This document shows positions 49,123-57,250 of a stretch of 64,000 nt of DNA, one piece after another. The notes under the pieces are model-generated. The model ran no database searches. It saw only the letters and a list, made by a program, of their open reading frames with translations, and had not been told where the DNA came from. Source of the stretch: an uncultured Campylobacterales bacterium (GTDB taxonomy: Bacteria; Campylobacterota; Campylobacteria; Campylobacterales; Sulfurimonadaceae). The translations under genes and the position numbers were made by a program. Where the stretch lies: assembly GCA_964650175.1 (NCBI GenBank), contig CAZYTC010000007.1, positions 484 to 64,483 on the forward strand, in the 5' to 3' direction. How positions within the stretch are numbered: the first letter of the stretch is position 1; every line of letters starts with the position of its first letter.

Positions 49123-49407
49123 CTATTTAGCAGCCTCTACGCTATCTTTTAAACCTTTACCTGGTTTAAATTTCGGAACCATTTTGTCCGCAGTAGTATA
49201 AGTTTTATCAGTTCCTGGAACTTTACCACTTTTACCTTTTTGTAGTGCAGTAACAAAGCTACCAAAACCAACTAGAGATACTTCCTCTTTTTTCGATAGT
49301 GCTTCTGTTACAGCAACTGTAAATGCTTTGATAGCTGTTTCAGCTTCAACTTTAGTTTTGTAACCACCACTTTTTTGAACTAGTTCAACGAATTCTGCTT
49401 TATTCAT
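49123..49407 (-). CDS. hup: Histone-like DNA-binding protein HU
   Basis: MNKAEFVELVQK...SLVGFGSF...GKVPGT...PKFKPGK. An internal Met of the track ORF is taken as the start. Confidence 0.92.
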   Translation of the reverse strand: MNKAEFVELVQKSGGYKTKVEAETAIKAFTVAVTEALSKKEEVSLVGFGSFVTALQKGKSGKVPGTDKTYTTADKMVPKFKPGKGLKDSVEAAK

Positions 49408-49512
49408 CCATGTCACCTTTTTTGTGAGAGTACGCATATATTTTATCCACACGAAATGGTTAAAATATTTTCGCTATGAGTACTTTAATATCTATTAGCT
49501 TAAAGTTTTCTT

Positions 49513-49740
49513 CTATTTGTGGTAAAATCTAATAGTTTTGGTGCTTTCGGGTTGATTTAGGACTTTTTTAAGCCATCCTTTAGGTTTTGTGGTGAAATTA
49601 GAGATTATGCTTGGTCTTTTATTAGCATATTTTTTATAGTTACTAAAGAGATTTAATCTGCCAAATCTACCCCTGCGAGGTGAAATGCATAAAAAAACCT
49701 CCTCTAGTGCTAATCTCTCTTTTTCACTCAAAACATCCAT
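49513..49740 (-). CDS. Small basic hypothetical protein
   Basis: 75-aa ORF. It starts 1 nt after the stop of the XRE regulator gene. No recognised motif. Confidence 0.45.
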   Translation of the reverse strand: MDVLSEKERLALEEVFLCISPRRGRFGRLNLFSNYKKYANKRPSIISNFTTKPKGWLKKVLNQPESTKTIRFYHK

Positions 49741-49741
49741 T

Positions 49742-49981
49742 TTAACTTCCCAATCTATTTATTTTTCTAACTACTCTGATTATCTCATCATCTTCTAACA
49801 TTCCTAGCATATCCATCACCGCTTTTGCTGCTTGAGGTTTGGCGTTGCCCAGCCTCCAATCTTGGTATGTACGCATGGAGATACCTAGTTGTGTAGCCAT
49901 CTCTTTTTGAGAGATCTTTTTACCATTATGCTGTGCCTCTACCGCATTGTGCAGGAGATTAAAAAGATCACTCATTTCCAT
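49742..49981 (-). CDS. XRE-family helix-turn-helix transcriptional regulator
   Basis: 79 aa. ISQKEMATQLGISMRTYQDWRLG is a classic HTH_3 core. Confidence 0.75.
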   Translation of the reverse strand: MEMSDLFNLLHNAVEAQHNGKKISQKEMATQLGISMRTYQDWRLGNAKPQAAKAVMDMLGMLEDDEIIRVVRKINRLGS

Positions 49982-50137
49982 TGCCTCATTTTAGTAGCTT
50001 TTCCTTTAATTAGACATTAAACCGTATGTAAAAACTGTTAAATTGTATTTGATATCTATTTTTAATACTATTTTAAACATATATCAGAATAAAGCATAAA
50101 CTATTCCATATTATAAATTAGTTATTATTCATATTAT

Positions 50138-50153
50138 ATACGGAATACCGTAT
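50138..50153. promoter_or_regulatory. Palindromic operator candidate in the XRE / csgG-like divergent intergenic region
   Basis: ATACGG-AATA-CCGTAT has perfect 6-bp arms. An extra ACCGTAT half-site lies at 50021-50027, near the XRE start. Confidence 0.35.
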
Positions 50154-50224
50154 TAATATAATTAATGTTATAAAATGTATGATTTCATTTAAAGGATATT
50201 TTTATAAAATTACTTGTACTATAT

Positions 50225-50923
50225 ATGTATAAAACAAAAAAAGGATTCACGATGAGATTGGTTGGGATATCTATTATGGTACTAGCCATTGCGATATTGT
50301 ATGGCGGTTGTGCAAAAGAGAGTTCAAGAGCACTAGAAGTTCCTAGGACTCATGCATCAAATAATGTTTATAAAGGCGAGAGAGCGTCACTATCTATTGG
50401 AGCATTTGATAATCGCTCTAGCTATATGAGAGGAATATTTTCTGATGGCGTTGATAAATTAGGCTCTCAGGCAAAAACAATATTGATATCACACCTGCAA
50501 CAAACAAATAGGTTTGTTATATTAGATAGAGATAATCTATCTCAGCTAAAACAAGAAGCAGGCTTTGCGGGAAAAACAAACTCTATTATGGGTGCAAAAT
50601 ATGTAATCACTGGCGATGTGTCAGAGTTTGGACGCAAAGAGGTTGGAGATCATCAGTTATTTGGAATACTTGGCAAGGGTAAATCTCAAATCGCATATGC
50701 AAAAGTGATTTTAAATGTGGTAGATGTAGAGAGCTCAGCAGTAGTGCATACATCACAAGGAAGCGGAGAGTATGAGCTATCAAATAGAGAGGTGATAGGA
50801 TTTGGTGGTACATCTAGTTATGATTCTACTTTAAATGGTAAGGTATTAGATTTAGCAATCAGAGAGGCTGTTGATTCATTGGTAAGTGCTATATCAGATG
50901 GTTCGTGGAACCCACACAGATAG
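50225..50923 (+). CDS. CsgG/HfaB-family outer-membrane lipoprotein (secretion channel-like)
   Basis: 232 aa. Lipobox LYGGC. SLSIGAFDNRS...LGSQAKTILISHLQQTNRFVILDRDNLSQLKQE...GAKYVITGDVSEF follows the CsgG family pattern. Confidence 0.82.
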   Translation: MYKTKKGFTMRLVGISIMVLAIAILYGGCAKESSRALEVPRTHASNNVYKGERASLSIGAFDNRSSYMRGIFSDGVDKLGSQAKTILISHLQQTNRFVILDRDNLSQLKQEAGFAGKTNSIMGAKYVITGDVSEFGRKEVGDHQLFGILGKGKSQIAYAKVILNVVDVESSAVVHTSQGSGEYELSNREVIGFGGTSSYDSTLNGKVLDLAIREAVDSLVSAISDGSWNPHR

Positions 50924-50930
50924 GGTATTT

Positions 50931-51284
50931 ATGAGATTAAGAGTACTATTGTTAGCTACATTGGTAGCATTTGTGTTGACAGGATGCGGTAGTTCATATA
51001 AGCCATTATATTATTGGGGCGACTATCAGCCTCAGATATATGCACACCTAAAAAATTCTCATAGCTCATCAGCAGAGCAGCTAGGAGCTATGGATGAAAC
51101 TTTACAGAAAGCTAGATCTAATGATTTACCTATGGGTCCAGGTTTTTATGCACATGTAGCACTATTGCATCTAGAAGATGGCAATTTCGATGAGTTTAAA
51201 AAACATATGGAGCTAGAAAAAGAGCTTTTTCCAGAATCTAGCCATTATGTAGATTTTATATTAAAAAATTTGATAAAAAAGTAG
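50931..51284 (+). CDS. DUF4810-family lipoprotein
   Basis: 117 aa. Lipobox LTGC. YYWGDYQPQIY..., PMGPGFYAHVALLHL...EKELFPES are typical of DUF4810. Confidence 0.7.
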   Translation: MRLRVLLLATLVAFVLTGCGSSYKPLYYWGDYQPQIYAHLKNSHSSSAEQLGAMDETLQKARSNDLPMGPGFYAHVALLHLEDGNFDEFKKHMELEKELFPESSHYVDFILKNLIKK

Positions 51285-51288
51285 TGAT

Positions 51289-51951
51289 ATGAGAGTATAT
51301 ATAATAGCATTTATTGCCATAGTGTCTGCTATGGTGTTTGGCGGATGTGCTAAGTCAGTAGAGCCATATGATTATAGTGCCTTTAGAGAGCATCATCCTA
51401 AATCTATTTTGGTATTGCCCCCGATAAATAACTCAAATGATATAGTAGCGACTCCAGCTGTTTTTGCTCAGGTAGTTATGCCACTAGCTGAATCTGGTTA
51501 TTATGTTTTTTCTCCATCATTGGTATCAGAGACATTTAAAAACAATGGCTTAACAGTACCAAACGAGATACACGCCGTGTCGCTACATAAATTAGATGAG
51601 GTTTTTGGTGCAGATGCGGTGCTTTATATAGAGATCAAAGAGTATGGCTCTTCGTATAAGATTTTAAGTAGTGATATAACTGTATCACTAAATGCAAAGC
51701 TAGTTGATATAAAAACAGGCAAGCTGCTATGGAAGGGCACCGCTAGAGCATCTAGTGCAGAGGGGAAATCTAATAATGGAAATATTATAGGTATGCTAAT
51801 TGGTGCACTAATCGATCAGATAGCCAATACTGTGTCGGATAATAGCTATAAATATGCAGGTATTGCCGATAATAGGCTGCTTTTTGCAGGTAGAAATGGT
51901 GCACTATTATATGGACATAGATCGGATAAGTATGCAAAAGAAGAGTATTAA
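51289..51951 (+). CDS. DUF799-family lipoprotein (GNA1162-like)
   Basis: 220 aa. Lipobox FGGC. SILVLPPINNS..., PLAESGYYVFSP..., FGADAVLYIEIKEY..., LVDIKTGKLLWKG. Confidence 0.75.
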   Translation: MRVYIIAFIAIVSAMVFGGCAKSVEPYDYSAFREHHPKSILVLPPINNSNDIVATPAVFAQVVMPLAESGYYVFSPSLVSETFKNNGLTVPNEIHAVSLHKLDEVFGADAVLYIEIKEYGSSYKILSSDITVSLNAKLVDIKTGKLLWKGTARASSAEGKSNNGNIIGMLIGALIDQIANTVSDNSYKYAGIADNRLLFAGRNGALLYGHRSDKYAKEEY

Positions 51952-51975
51952 AGAGTTTTAAGAAGCTACATCTAT

Positions 51976-51993
51976 TGCTCTCATTTGAGAGCA
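51976..51993 (+). terminator. Hairpin after the lipoprotein trio
   Basis: TGCTCTCA-TT-TGAGAGCA followed by TTGTTG, 25 nt after the stop codon. Confidence 0.45.
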
Positions 51994-52041
51994 TTGTTGA
52001 TAACATCTCTCTTAAAATACGAGAAAAATCAAACGCCTAGG

Positions 52042-52095
52042 ATTAATTCTCATAAAGCCACAAAATTCCGTCAATGGGCTACAATTATCAGTTAT
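52042..52095 (+). pseudogene. Short RhuM-family gene fragment
   Basis: AAAGCCACAAAATTCCGTCAATGGGC is identical to the KATKFRQWA-coding stretch of rhuM copy 1 (about 5503-5528). Only about 17 codons remain (..HKATKFRQWATIISY*). Confidence 0.65.
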
Positions 52096-52251
52096 TAGAT
52101 AGAGGTATTAAATATAGATTATTGCTCTCTGCTCACAGTGACTGCTCTTTGTTTTGATGGTAAGAGTTAAAAATTTATCTTTTCTCGTTTTTTATGCAGT
52201 GAAACTATTTTTAGATTGTGTGTGTTATAATAGTGCACTATAGGGGTTTTT

Positions 52252-53868
52252 ATGGGTAGCAAGAGGTATTGTATACTAGCATTTATTTTTTGGGGTTTAG
52301 TGGTGCTGGGTTCATATATGTGGAACTTGCACCTACTGGGTGAGAAACTATATAATCAATCAGTAGATCGTGCACAATTTGTTTTTAAGATGATAGAATC
52401 CACTAGGCTATGGAATGCAAGACACGGTGGAGTTTATGTAAAAATCAGTGATGAGACGCAACCAAACAAATATTTAAAAATCGAAAATAGAGATATAAAT
52501 AGCGTCGATGGAATGCATTTGACGATGATAAACCCCGCTTATATGACTAGACAGCTTATAGATGTAGTTACAGAGCCGAGCGATTTAAAACTACATATCA
52601 CTAGCGATAAGCTGATGAATCCGATTAATAAAGCAGATGAGTGGGAGAGTAAACAGCTAGAGAAGTTTAAAAATGGTGTTAGCTCATTTGCAGAGTTTAT
52701 AGATGATGGCGATAGTAAGATTTTTCGCTATATGCAACCGCTAAAGGTCGATAGTAGCTGTCTTAGATGCCACTCTCATCAAGGCTATAGTGTAGGGGAT
52801 GTGCGAGGTGGCGTAAGTGTCACTTTTAGCGTAGAGCCACTGCTAGAGCTAGAGTCGGCTCAGAGTCGAAATATAGCTATTAGTCATCTGATTGCGTGGC
52901 TATTACTGGGTGTTTTATCGACGCTTTTTATCTATAGATTTAGAAAAAATATCGTCAATCTAGAGCTTGAGAAGATACGCATCGAGGAGCTGGTATCAAT
53001 TAGAACAAAAGAGCTACAAAAATTTTCACACGCGATACACTATAGCCCCGTAACTATTGTTATTACCGATAAAAATGGTGCGATAGAGTATGTAAATCCA
53101 AAATTTTCTGAAACAACAGGCTATAGCTATGATGAGGCGATAGGGCAAAATCCTCGGATACTCCAATCAGGAAAGCTTAAAGATGGTATCTATAGAGAGC
53201 TTTGGGAGACAATTTTAGATAAGCAAGAGTGGCGTGGAGAGCTGTTAAATAGAACAAAAGATGGCACAGAGTATTGGGAGGATGCGAGAATTTCGCCGAT
53301 ATTAGATAGTGATGGCGAGGTTACCCATTTTGTGGCGATAAAAGAGGATGTTACGCTCAAAAAACTATCTCAAGAGAAGATTTTATATCAAGCACGCCAC
53401 GATGCATTGACAGGACTTGTAAACCGTAAATATTTTCATGAGCTACTATCTGAGGCTATGAAAAAACCTCTGGTACTACTCTATCTAGATTTAGATGGAT
53501 TTAAGATGGTAAATGACACCCTAGGGCATGATGCGGGGGATTTGCTATTATTAGAGGTGGCCAAAAGGCTTTCAAATCTAGTTCGCTCTAGCGATGTGGT
53601 AGCTAGGCTCGGTGGCGATGAGTTTGTTATTATGATGAGAAGCGGTGCGAGCATTGATGGTGCAAAAGAGTTGGCTGAGAAAGTTCTAGCATCTATTTCG
53701 ACACCGTTTGATATAAAAGATAATATGATAAAAATCTCTACATCTATCGGGATATCTATATCTAAGATGGATAAGAGTGAGCATGAGCTATTAAAAGAGG
53801 CAGATATTGCGATGTATGATGTAAAAGAGTCAGGTCGAAATAACTATAAAATCTATGGAAAAAATTAA
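52252..53868 (+). CDS. Diguanylate cyclase with DUF3365 (haem-c) sensor, TM, PAS and GGDEF domains
   Basis: 538 aa. ARHGGVYV..., INPAYMTRQL and CLRCH (CXXCH) fit DUF3365. PAS follows (ITDKNGAIEYVNPKF). GGDEF domain with RLGGDEFVIM. Confidence 0.88.
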   Translation: MGSKRYCILAFIFWGLVVLGSYMWNLHLLGEKLYNQSVDRAQFVFKMIESTRLWNARHGGVYVKISDETQPNKYLKIENRDINSVDGMHLTMINPAYMTRQLIDVVTEPSDLKLHITSDKLMNPINKADEWESKQLEKFKNGVSSFAEFIDDGDSKIFRYMQPLKVDSSCLRCHSHQGYSVGDVRGGVSVTFSVEPLLELESAQSRNIAISHLIAWLLLGVLSTLFIYRFRKNIVNLELEKIRIEELVSIRTKELQKFSHAIHYSPVTIVITDKNGAIEYVNPKFSETTGYSYDEAIGQNPRILQSGKLKDGIYRELWETILDKQEWRGELLNRTKDGTEYWEDARISPILDSDGEVTHFVAIKEDVTLKKLSQEKILYQARHDALTGLVNRKYFHELLSEAMKKPLVLLYLDLDGFKMVNDTLGHDAGDLLLLEVAKRLSNLVRSSDVVARLGGDEFVIMMRSGASIDGAKELAEKVLASISTPFDIKDNMIKISTSIGISISKMDKSEHELLKEADIAMYDVKESGRNNYKIYGKN

Positions 53869-53878
53869 AAGGAGTAGT

Positions 53879-54487
53879 ATGAATTATCCAGCGTTTTTTG
53901 ATAATGTGGAGAAAGTCTATATGATTGACCCACTATCTGCAGTTTTAGGGACATTTAGTGGTGGTGAGGTAGAGTTTAGCTATCTAGATGTGGTAAAAGC
54001 AGCAGGGCATAGTTGCCCTACAGTAGGTGGTGCATATTTGATGAGTTTGCGAGCATTAGAGGCACTCTATCCTAATGAAAAACCTCTGCGTGGAGGTATT
54101 AGAGTCGAGTTTAAAGAGCCTATGACAGAGGGCGTAGCAGGTGTAATTGCAAATGTAATCACGCATATCACAGGTGCTACAGAGAGCAGTGGATTTAAGG
54201 GATTAAATGGCAAATTTGCCAGACACTCGCTGATGAGTTTTGAGAGTGATATAGCATCATCAGCTAGATTTAGCAGGGTTGATAATGGTGAGAGTGTGGA
54301 TGTTTTTTATAATCCGAGCATCGTGGCACCAAGCCCACAGATGCAACCACTAATGCAAAAAATTATGGGTGGCGTAGCTAGTGATGATGAAAAAAGAGAG
54401 TTTGGCAAACTGTGGCAAGAGCGAGTAAAAATGATAGTTGTAGATAATGCTAAAAATAGTGATGTGATTAGGGTGGTTAAATTATAG
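53879..54487 (+). CDS. FmdE-like domain protein (tentative)
   Basis: About 202 aa. AAGHSCPTVGGAYL resembles the GHxCPG motif of FmdE/FwdE-family domains. A strong AAGGAG RBS lies 7 nt before the ATG at 53879. Confidence 0.45.
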   Translation: MNYPAFFDNVEKVYMIDPLSAVLGTFSGGEVEFSYLDVVKAAGHSCPTVGGAYLMSLRALEALYPNEKPLRGGIRVEFKEPMTEGVAGVIANVITHITGATESSGFKGLNGKFARHSLMSFESDIASSARFSRVDNGESVDVFYNPSIVAPSPQMQPLMQKIMGGVASDDEKREFGKLWQERVKMIVVDNAKNSDVIRVVKL

Positions 54488-55057
54488 TGATAAAAAATCA
54501 CTATAATCATAACGGCTAAGGTCTACGAAAAACTCTCCATCACGCTCTATGATGCGAGGGTCGCTTCCAAATCCTGCTTCAAAGCGACGACGAACATCTT
54601 TTCGCTCTTGTGATGAGAGTCCTATAAATTTTAGATATCTCTTTAGCTCTATAAGTGCTGGTTGGGGAGTTTCGATATCAACATCATGTACTTTTTGCTC
54701 ATTTGAGAGTAGCAGTTTTGTATTAAAAACCTCCAAAATACTCTTTAGTTGCTCATCTTTGGCGATATAAATATCTTCTATGCGTTCTCGCTCAGCAATT
54801 AGCATCTGCTCTTTATCGCCGATTAGCTTGTCGATTTTGCTCTCTAACTCTTTGATTTTTAGTTTTAGCTGCAGGTTCTCTTTTTGATAGATAGAGAGTA
54901 TCATCTCTAGCGTTGTTTTATCTTTTGGATTCTCTGTTTTTATATAAGCGATACCATCTTCTACTATATAATCTAGCTCTTTTGATTTGAGTTTTTGCTG
55001 CAGATGCTCTTTTGTGATGTTGTACTGCTTCATATATTCGCTGATAGTTTGTCTCAT
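54482..55057 (-). CDS. HTH-like / coiled-coil protein, partner of the minimal cyclase
   Basis: 191 aa. N-terminal ~40 aa are excisionase/MerR-like (ISEYMKQYNITKEHLQQKLKSKELDYIVEDGIAYI). A ~90-aa heptad coiled coil and a ~55-aa C-terminal domain follow. No TM segment. Starts 2 nt after the cyclase stop. Confidence 0.5.
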   Translation of the reverse strand: MRQTISEYMKQYNITKEHLQQKLKSKELDYIVEDGIAYIKTENPKDKTTLEMILSIYQKENLQLKLKIKELESKIDKLIGDKEQMLIAERERIEDIYIAKDEQLKSILEVFNTKLLLSNEQKVHDVDIETPQPALIELKRYLKFIGLSSQERKDVRRRFEAGFGSDPRIIERDGEFFVDLSRYDYSDFLSL

Positions 55058-55059
55058 AT

Positions 55060-55698
55060 TTACCTCACTTTTAGTAGCTTTTTTGGTGGCGGTATAATAG
55101 CACCTTGGTTCATCCAGATGAGATATCCTAGTCGCTCAAATCCGTGCTTATCGACGATTTTGTGCATGGAGCCTCGTTTGAATTTGCATTTAGCTAGTAG
55201 TTCATTGTATTGTGGAAAATTTTGTAAAAATATCTCAAATCGCTCAAATGATTTATCAGAGATAATCACTGTGTTTGAGATGAGGTCTTTTATCCCTACA
55301 TATCTAGCACACTCATTTAATCCATCGCCTACAAAGTTTTCTCTAGCTAGAACATCTTTGAATTTATAGATATTTCCTGTGTGAACAGCTACTCTGATAC
55401 CTTTGTAGTATGAAAACTCTTGCTCTATGAGACTAGAGAAGTGTGTAAAAGATAGCCCAAGTATGGGGCCAAAACCGCGTAGCTTTGGATCTAGGATAGA
55501 GTAAAATCCATCTCCTGTTGGGATGAGTCCTAAAAATATATCATCCATCTTAAAGCCAGAGGCACGAAGCATCGAGTTTATCATCTTGCGAAAAGTGGAT
55601 GATACATAGGAGATTATCTCTAGTTGCTCATCCATTTCAAGTAGTGAAAAGTCGATTATATCTATCAATACTATATCCGTAGTGATTAGTTTGCTCAT
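55060..55698 (-). CDS. Stand-alone class III nucleotidyl cyclase-fold protein (minimal cyclase)
   Basis: 212 aa. IVLIDIIDFS (cf. FxDIxGFT), IPTGDGFY (cf. KxIGDxxM) and IRVAVHTGNIY...NFVGDGLNECARY (cf. RIGIHTGxV...GDxVNxAsR) occur in the canonical order. No accessory domain. Confidence 0.65.
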   Translation of the reverse strand: MSKLITTDIVLIDIIDFSLLEMDEQLEIISYVSSTFRKMINSMLRASGFKMDDIFLGLIPTGDGFYSILDPKLRGFGPILGLSFTHFSSLIEQEFSYYKGIRVAVHTGNIYKFKDVLARENFVGDGLNECARYVGIKDLISNTVIISDKSFERFEIFLQNFPQYNELLAKCKFKRGSMHKIVDKHGFERLGYLIWMNQGAIIPPPKKLLKVR

Positions 55699-55801
55699 AT
55701 AATTTAGGCTCTTTATAGTTGGTGATTTATTTGTGGTGTTTGTGAAACTCTCATATAATATGATATCATATCTAAAAAATAATTAGTTTGAGGTAATATC
55801 T

Positions 55802-57247
55802 ATGATAAAGAGGACGAAAATCGTTGCAACTGTGGGGCCAGCGTCAGACTCACCAGAGGTTTTAAAATCGCTTATATTGGCGGGGGTAAATGTTTTTCGC
55901 CTCAATTTTTCTCACGGCACACACGAGTATCATCTAGGGGTTTTAAACTCTATTCGCCGTGCTATGGATGAGACTGGGATATTGGTAGGCGTGATGCAAG
56001 ATATTAGTGGTCCAAAGATTAGAGTTGGTAAACTAGCAGATGAGTTTGTGCTCTCTAGTGGCGATTTTATCGATTTTTATTATGAGAGCATTTTAGGCGA
56101 AAAGGTATCTGATGGATATTTCAAACTCAGCATCAACGAAGAAGGTATTCTCAGACGCCTAAAAGTAGATGATTTTATCTATCTATATGATGGGTTGATT
56201 CGTGCAAAAATCGTAGATGTAAATGATGTTTATGTAAGAGCTGAGATAGAAAATGCAGGTAAACTTACATCAAATAAAGGTGTGAATTTTCCAACTACTC
56301 CACTAGGTATTAATATCCTCACTGAAAAAGATAAAAAAGATATGAAATGGGGAGTAGAAAATGGTGTAGATTTTATGGCTATTAGTTTTGTGCAAAATGC
56401 AAATGATATGATAAATGCACGAGAAATAGTCAAATCACACGGCGGAAATACCCAACTAATCGCAAAGATAGAAAAATTTGATGCAGTTGAAAATATCGAT
56501 GAGATATTAGAGCACTCAGATGGGCTTATGGTAGCTCGTGGAGATTTAGGGATAGAGGTGCCATATCATCAGGTGCCAATCATTCAGAAAATGCTTATTC
56601 AAAAAGCAAATGCTTGCTCAAAACCAGTCATTACTGCGACACAGATGTTACTATCTATGAGCGAGAAAGAGACAGCTACAAGAGCAGAGATTAGTGATGT
56701 GGCAAATGCTGTTTTAGATGGCTCTGATGCTGTAATGCTCTCAGAAGAGAGTGCAGTGGGTAAACACCCACCACTAGCGGTTAAAACGATGGTTGAGACG
56801 ATAAAAGCGATAGAAGAGGTCTATCCGTTTGATAAGTTTACATTTGATTACAAAGATGAGAATGATAAGATTAATGAGTCTATCGTAAGGCTAGGCGATA
56901 CGCTAGGTTCTGATGGGATTATATCTATGACAACATCGGGTCAGTCTGCTAAAAAACTATCACGATATCGCCCTCGTGTGACGATTTATGCAGCTACGCC
57001 AGATAGAAATGTAGCTCGCTCACTTACGCTAGTGTGGGGTGTAGCACCTGCTTATATCACTCGCGAAACACATATAGAGAGCATACTATCTGATATTATC
57101 CAAAGCGGAATTAGACGAAATATTATCGATTTAGATAAAACATATCTATTTACTGCGGCGTATCCTATGGCTGATCCAAGAGCTACAAATATGATACGCA
57201 TACTTAGTCGCGAAGAGCTAACATTTTTTGGGGATTTAGATAGCTAA
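55802..57247 (+). CDS. pyk: Pyruvate kinase
   Basis: 481 aa with RTKIVATVGPAS..., NFSHG.., MVARGDLGIEVP. Confidence 0.97.
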   Translation: MIKRTKIVATVGPASDSPEVLKSLILAGVNVFRLNFSHGTHEYHLGVLNSIRRAMDETGILVGVMQDISGPKIRVGKLADEFVLSSGDFIDFYYESILGEKVSDGYFKLSINEEGILRRLKVDDFIYLYDGLIRAKIVDVNDVYVRAEIENAGKLTSNKGVNFPTTPLGINILTEKDKKDMKWGVENGVDFMAISFVQNANDMINAREIVKSHGGNTQLIAKIEKFDAVENIDEILEHSDGLMVARGDLGIEVPYHQVPIIQKMLIQKANACSKPVITATQMLLSMSEKETATRAEISDVANAVLDGSDAVMLSEESAVGKHPPLAVKTMVETIKAIEEVYPFDKFTFDYKDENDKINESIVRLGDTLGSDGIISMTTSGQSAKKLSRYRPRVTIYAATPDRNVARSLTLVWGVAPAYITRETHIESILSDIIQSGIRRNIIDLDKTYLFTAAYPMADPRATNMIRILSREELTFFGDLDS

Positions 57248-57250
57248 AAT

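Noticed and set aside
49443-49451. Perfect DnaA box, TTATCCACA, upstream of hup.
   Set aside because: It is a single isolated box with no cluster, no adjacent AT-rich unwinding element and no dnaA gene. A single 9-mer is insufficient to call an origin or a regulatory site.
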